DNA of 64,000 nucleotides from Alphaproteobacteria bacterium (GTDB lineage Bacteria; Pseudomonadota; Alphaproteobacteria; Rs-D84): NCBI GenBank assembly GCA_017427405.1, contig JAFRSV010000010.1, positions 2,908 to 66,907 of the forward strand, read 5' to 3'. Shown piece by piece: positions 60,058 to 64,000 of this stretch (position 1 is its first letter; each line of letters starts with the position of its first letter). The notes under the pieces were generated by a model. It saw only the letters and a program-made list of their open reading frames with translations, ran no database searches and was not told where the DNA came from. The position numbers and the translations under genes were made by a program.

Positions 60058-60932
60058 ATTTCTATCCTAAATTTATTATCAACCTTGATAATGTCCCCAG
60101 ATTCCAGTTTTGCCTTAATATCAGCCTTGTCCAGCAGATAACGGGTTTGTAATGTTTTTTTGTTTTCTATGGTTTGATTTGCAGATGAATTTGTAATTTT
60201 CTTTATAATGTCTTTTCTAACATGTGTCATATGGTGCATAACTATATTTCCAAGAAAACAGAAACGCGAATTGCCACGTAATTTTATCTGTCTTGTTGGG
60301 TCTAACAAACATGGTACGGAATCACGAAATGCCGCAAACGTAAATTTTTCCCCATGATCGATACGACATATAAAAAGAACAAAAAAATTTTCATAATCAC
60401 GATACCTGAGTGTCGGTGTAACATAGGAAACAATATTACAAACCGTATGCGATAAATTATGTTTGACAACATCCGCCCACGCATTTTTGAATTGCGCTGT
60501 ATCGTAAAATTCATCGGTATCCATCGTTATAAAATGTGTACAACCGGCCTTGCGTGCGGCATCTAAACCGACATTTCTTTTGTTTAGTTCATTACAAGAT
60601 GGGTTTAACGACAAATCTGGGTCAAAGAATATCAATTCGTCAATCAATCCTTTTTCTTTTAACTTTAACAACTTCTCTTCCAAATTGGCATCACAACTTT
60701 TCCCAAACCACGATAATTTTTGCCAAACAACATTTACATAGTCAACAACGGATCGTATCTGTTTAATAGATTGTTCTAGTAATTCTTCGCCGTCCCAAAC
60801 GCTGTATGAAACCCCCAACTTTGGGTTTGCAAAAGGTTTTACCGCACGCGGGCAATACGACCATATTTTAATTTTACCTATCCATACATGCGTTCGACCG
60901 TTTTTACAATGTTCAATCCAAACTTTTTTCAT
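60054..60932 (-). CDS. GT-A fold glycosyltransferase-like protein
   Basis: YSVWDGEELL, KRNVGL, MDTDEFY, HH; cluster context. Confidence 0.65.
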   Translation of the reverse strand: MKKVWIEHCKNGRTHVWIGKIKIWSYCPRAVKPFANPKLGVSYSVWDGEELLEQSIKQIRSVVDYVNVVWQKLSWFGKSCDANLEEKLLKLKEKGLIDELIFFDPDLSLNPSCNELNKRNVGLDAARKAGCTHFITMDTDEFYDTAQFKNAWADVVKHNLSHTVCNIVSYVTPTLRYRDYENFFVLFICRIDHGEKFTFAAFRDSVPCLLDPTRQIKLRGNSRFCFLGNIVMHHMTHVRKDIIKKITNSSANQTIENKKTLQTRYLLDKADIKAKLESGDIIKVDNKFRIEI

Positions 60933-61896
60933 TATTTGTTTCCTTTTGATGGTTTATATCGCACTGATTTTTGGTTTTATCGCATTCTTTGTCAATATCT
61001 AAGATATGAATTATACGCGACAGGTGCTTTTTAAGAAACAATTTATCTTTTATCTTGTGGCGTATCACCTGTATCGGAATTGGAAAACATATGTAATTAA
61101 CAATCCGTTTAATCATTTTGGCTTTATTGTATAGTTTCATTATGCTGGCAATATGTTGCTTTGGTGTAAAAGGATCAGTAATAATCATTCCAGATTTATA
61201 AATGATTTCACCTATTGTTCGTTCAATAATATGTGCAAATTGTGTTTCGTGCGTTGTCTTTGGCGCTTCGAACAAAGTGTCATCTATGTTCATATCTTTT
61301 AAGATTTTAAATGGTGCGGCTTTTGCAACAAACATTGTGCCGGCAACAAAACTATATTTATCAAGATTCAATATATATTGCGGATAATGCATCCTGGCAT
61401 AATCTATAACGCCACAATGATTTGGCGCATTGTGAATTATATTGAAACGCGCGCACATACCAACCTTTGGGTCTTTTAATGCCGCGATGCATTTATTAAA
61501 GTTTTCTTTTGTTGATACAAATGCGTATAAATTATCACGCCAACACGGGCCCGTGCCAATATAAAAACCATTTCCAAGATTTCCCGGCAAAGTACAATCC
61601 ATATCACGTTTTGTGTGCAGTTTTACTATGTATTCATATTGTGATAAATCCACGCTGTTTATTATGTGTACAAATGGCCATATATCATACCCAACATTTG
61701 ACACATCTATGATATGCGCATCTGGATTAAAATCCAATATTTTATTTTTGATTTCTTGGTATTCGGCTTTATTGCTAATAGAACAATACAAATCATACGG
61801 CAAAGATATGTTGTTCAAACTATCTAATATTAAATCCACTTGATTCGAGTAATAAATATGAATAATGACTAATACACGTGGCATATCTATTTCCAT
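60913..61896 (-). CDS. Rhamnan synthesis protein F (RgpF)-like glycosyltransferase
   Basis: HIYY, NVGYDIWPF, KLHTKR, WR, FVAGTMF, AHIIER. Confidence 0.8.
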   Translation of the reverse strand: MEIDMPRVLVIIHIYYSNQVDLILDSLNNISLPYDLYCSISNKAEYQEIKNKILDFNPDAHIIDVSNVGYDIWPFVHIINSVDLSQYEYIVKLHTKRDMDCTLPGNLGNGFYIGTGPCWRDNLYAFVSTKENFNKCIAALKDPKVGMCARFNIIHNAPNHCGVIDYARMHYPQYILNLDKYSFVAGTMFVAKAAPFKILKDMNIDDTLFEAPKTTHETQFAHIIERTIGEIIYKSGMIITDPFTPKQHIASIMKLYNKAKMIKRIVNYICFPIPIQVIRHKIKDKLFLKKHLSRIIHILDIDKECDKTKNQCDINHQKETNNEKSLD

Positions 61897-62741
61897 TTTA
61901 GTTTAATTATTGGTATAAATTCAAATAACAAAACCCAATTATTTTTTACTTTTATTATCGGGATAATACCAAACAGACGCACCCGAAATAAAGTTCGGTT
62001 CGCGTCGGGTTGCTTATTAAATAATTCCCAATGCGCCGGGAACCGGTTTCTGATATCCAACGCAATTTCTTCACCATGCAACCCCATTGCATTCGCATAT
62101 TTTATCGAAACATTGGCGTTATTCCAACGATACATTACCAAAACCCCTTGGATATTATAAAAATGTGTCACCCCAATCAAACGCGCCCAAAGGCGGTAAT
62201 CTTCGGCTGGTGTATAATATCCTTCGTATTCAATGTTATTTTCAACCAATACAGATTTTCGTATCATCGCCGCGGTATGCGCAACACAGCACATATGTGT
62301 TAAAAAAGTTCGTATTTTCAAATCGTGTTCTGGGTTCTTTAAAAGATTATCGCAATCACCAAAATATTGCAACCACCCAGACACAACACCAACGTGTGGG
62401 TTCATATCCAGATATTCAACCTCTTGCGCCAAACGCGTAGGCACGGAAATATCATCATGATCAAAAATCGCGATATATTCACCGCGCGCCATTTTAAGTA
62501 ATTTGTTCCGCGACGGTGTAATTCCAAGATTTTTTTCGTTTTTGAAATATTTGATTCTTTCATCTTTGTATGATTTTACAATTTCATCTAATTCTGTATT
62601 TTCCGGCGAATCGTTTAAAATCAGAAATTCAAAATCTGTAAAGGTCTGATTCAAAATACTTTCAATCATTTCCCGCAGATGTTCGGGATTTGTATTATAA
62701 ATCGGCGTTAATACAGATACTTTTGGTACTGTCAAAGACAT
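61887..62741 (-). CDS. Glycosyltransferase family 2
   Basis: SVLTPIYN, LNDSP, FDHDD, AEDY. Confidence 0.92.
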   Translation of the reverse strand: MSLTVPKVSVLTPIYNTNPEHLREMIESILNQTFTDFEFLILNDSPENTELDEIVKSYKDERIKYFKNEKNLGITPSRNKLLKMARGEYIAIFDHDDISVPTRLAQEVEYLDMNPHVGVVSGWLQYFGDCDNLLKNPEHDLKIRTFLTHMCCVAHTAAMIRKSVLVENNIEYEGYYTPAEDYRLWARLIGVTHFYNIQGVLVMYRWNNANVSIKYANAMGLHGEEIALDIRNRFPAHWELFNKQPDANRTLFRVRLFGIIPIIKVKNNWVLLFEFIPIIKLKWK

Positions 62742-63048
62742 TTTATTCTTCCATATAGTTAGATTAACTGGGCATCACAACCTGTGCGTCCGATTTTTAG
62801 GTTTTGCGCCCCGTCCACCTGGTGGATTTTTGCAGTTTATATAACAAATTTCAAGAAATAAATAAACTTTATAAAAATTTTACCGCTTTTGTGAAACGAA
62901 CAACTTTCGGTTACCAAAGTTGCCGTCCTCCGGCATTCTATACTACGTTTGTTATTTTGTTATACAGAACCCATCGTCCTATAAACCAATTGTAATAACA
63001 TGTTATTTATGGTATCATTTCTAATGGTGTGTGGAGGGCGTGTTAAAC

Positions 63049-63996
63049 ATGAAAATATCAGTGGACAAACTGTTACAAAATATCGTGATTGATTCACGAC
63101 AGCAATACGCCTTGTATCTTAAAACCAAGCAAGGTACTATTGAAAAATACGGTGGCAAGGGTACTAATTCTTACACGAATTTTCGTATGGCGTCTGTGAC
63201 GAAACAATTTGTTGCGTTTTCTGTTTTGACACTTATTGAATCTGGTGCAGTCAATATAAATACAAACCTGTCACAAATTTTTGATGATTTACCGGAATAT
63301 ATGAAAAATATCACTATTCGCCATTTATTAACCCATACATCTGGACTTGTTGATTATGAAGACAGACCCAAAATTGGTCGCGAACAAATAATCGACACTA
63401 AAGTATTCGCCTATTTAAAAACATTAAAACGCGCATATTTTAAACCTGGAACAAAATATAGGTATAGTAATGGCGGATACATTATCCTGGGACAAATCAT
63501 TGAGAAAGCATCTGGGAAAAAATTACCATTTTTCGTCCATAATGCAATATTATCACCCGCTGGTATGCACAATTCTGTTATATACACCAAAGGCGTTTCC
63601 GTGATAAAGAATCGGGCATATGGGCATAAAATAACGGGGAACAATCGAATAATCGTTTGCGACCATGGTCCAAATACCGCCACCCAGGGTGATGGTGGGC
63701 TTTATTCATCTATACATGACCTAAAAAAATATCTTTGCTTTATTCAACATAATCCTTTGGCACAAAAAATGTTTGTTCCGAATATATTGCCAAACGGCAC
63801 AAATACCAAATATGGATTCGGTTTACAGATATTAAAACACAAGAATTACAAAATTATATACCATTGTGGCGAAACAATAGGCACAAGCACAATTATTGGT
63901 TTTATACCACGTCTTGGTATTGAATTCGCATTTATGACAGCACTTAATGGCATAGATACCGAAATATTTTTAAAAAATCTTTTACGCTGTTTATAG
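63049..63996 (+). CDS. Serine hydrolase, beta-lactamase class C-like family
   Basis: ASVTK (SxxK), LLTHTSGL, YSN, GGLYSS, HCG. Confidence 0.88.
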   Translation: MKISVDKLLQNIVIDSRQQYALYLKTKQGTIEKYGGKGTNSYTNFRMASVTKQFVAFSVLTLIESGAVNINTNLSQIFDDLPEYMKNITIRHLLTHTSGLVDYEDRPKIGREQIIDTKVFAYLKTLKRAYFKPGTKYRYSNGGYIILGQIIEKASGKKLPFFVHNAILSPAGMHNSVIYTKGVSVIKNRAYGHKITGNNRIIVCDHGPNTATQGDGGLYSSIHDLKKYLCFIQHNPLAQKMFVPNILPNGTNTKYGFGLQILKHKNYKIIYHCGETIGTSTIIGFIPRLGIEFAFMTALNGIDTEIFLKNLLRCL

Positions 63997-64000
63997 TATG

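Noticed and set aside
63049-63996. Antibiotic-resistance beta-lactamase
   Set aside because: No signal peptide, and the motifs fit the broad serine hydrolase family; resistance cannot be inferred.

Overview
A 64 kb chromosomal segment of an alphaproteobacterium (DUF1013/TrcR, DUF2155, TipN-like and LysM genes). Gene style suggests a host-associated lineage such as Rs-D84/'Ca. Enterousia'; this is inference. Housekeeping genes dominate: dnaK end, gdhA, pfkA, rpsP-rimM-trmD-rplS, tsaD, xseA, recN, addA, rpoD, cysS, xerC, trpS, rpsD, rpoZ, mtaB, smpB, holB, dacA, corA, rpsA, tRNA-Gly(CCC) and tRNA-Ser(GGA). Main candidates for new biology: (1) a ~2400-aa secreted effector/polymorphic-toxin-like protein with two duplicated HExxH zincin modules and a non-canonical Fic-like C-terminus; (2) many orphan proteins, including an ADP-ribosyltransferase-like one, sharing a basic Arg-ending C-terminus (possible secretion signal), three of them broken by +1 homopolymer frameshifts within 3.2 kb; (3) a primary sigma factor with substitutions in the normally invariant region 2.3-2.4; (4) AddA split into helicase and nuclease genes; (5) a REP pair inserted in-frame into a signal peptide behind a large structured leader RNA; (6) an orphan T7-type tail-fibre gene beside a fucosyltransferase-containing glycan locus; (7) several families of miniature palindromic repeats. 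No CRISPR array, rRNA, transposase or reverse transcriptase was seen. All calls were made by eye, without database searches.
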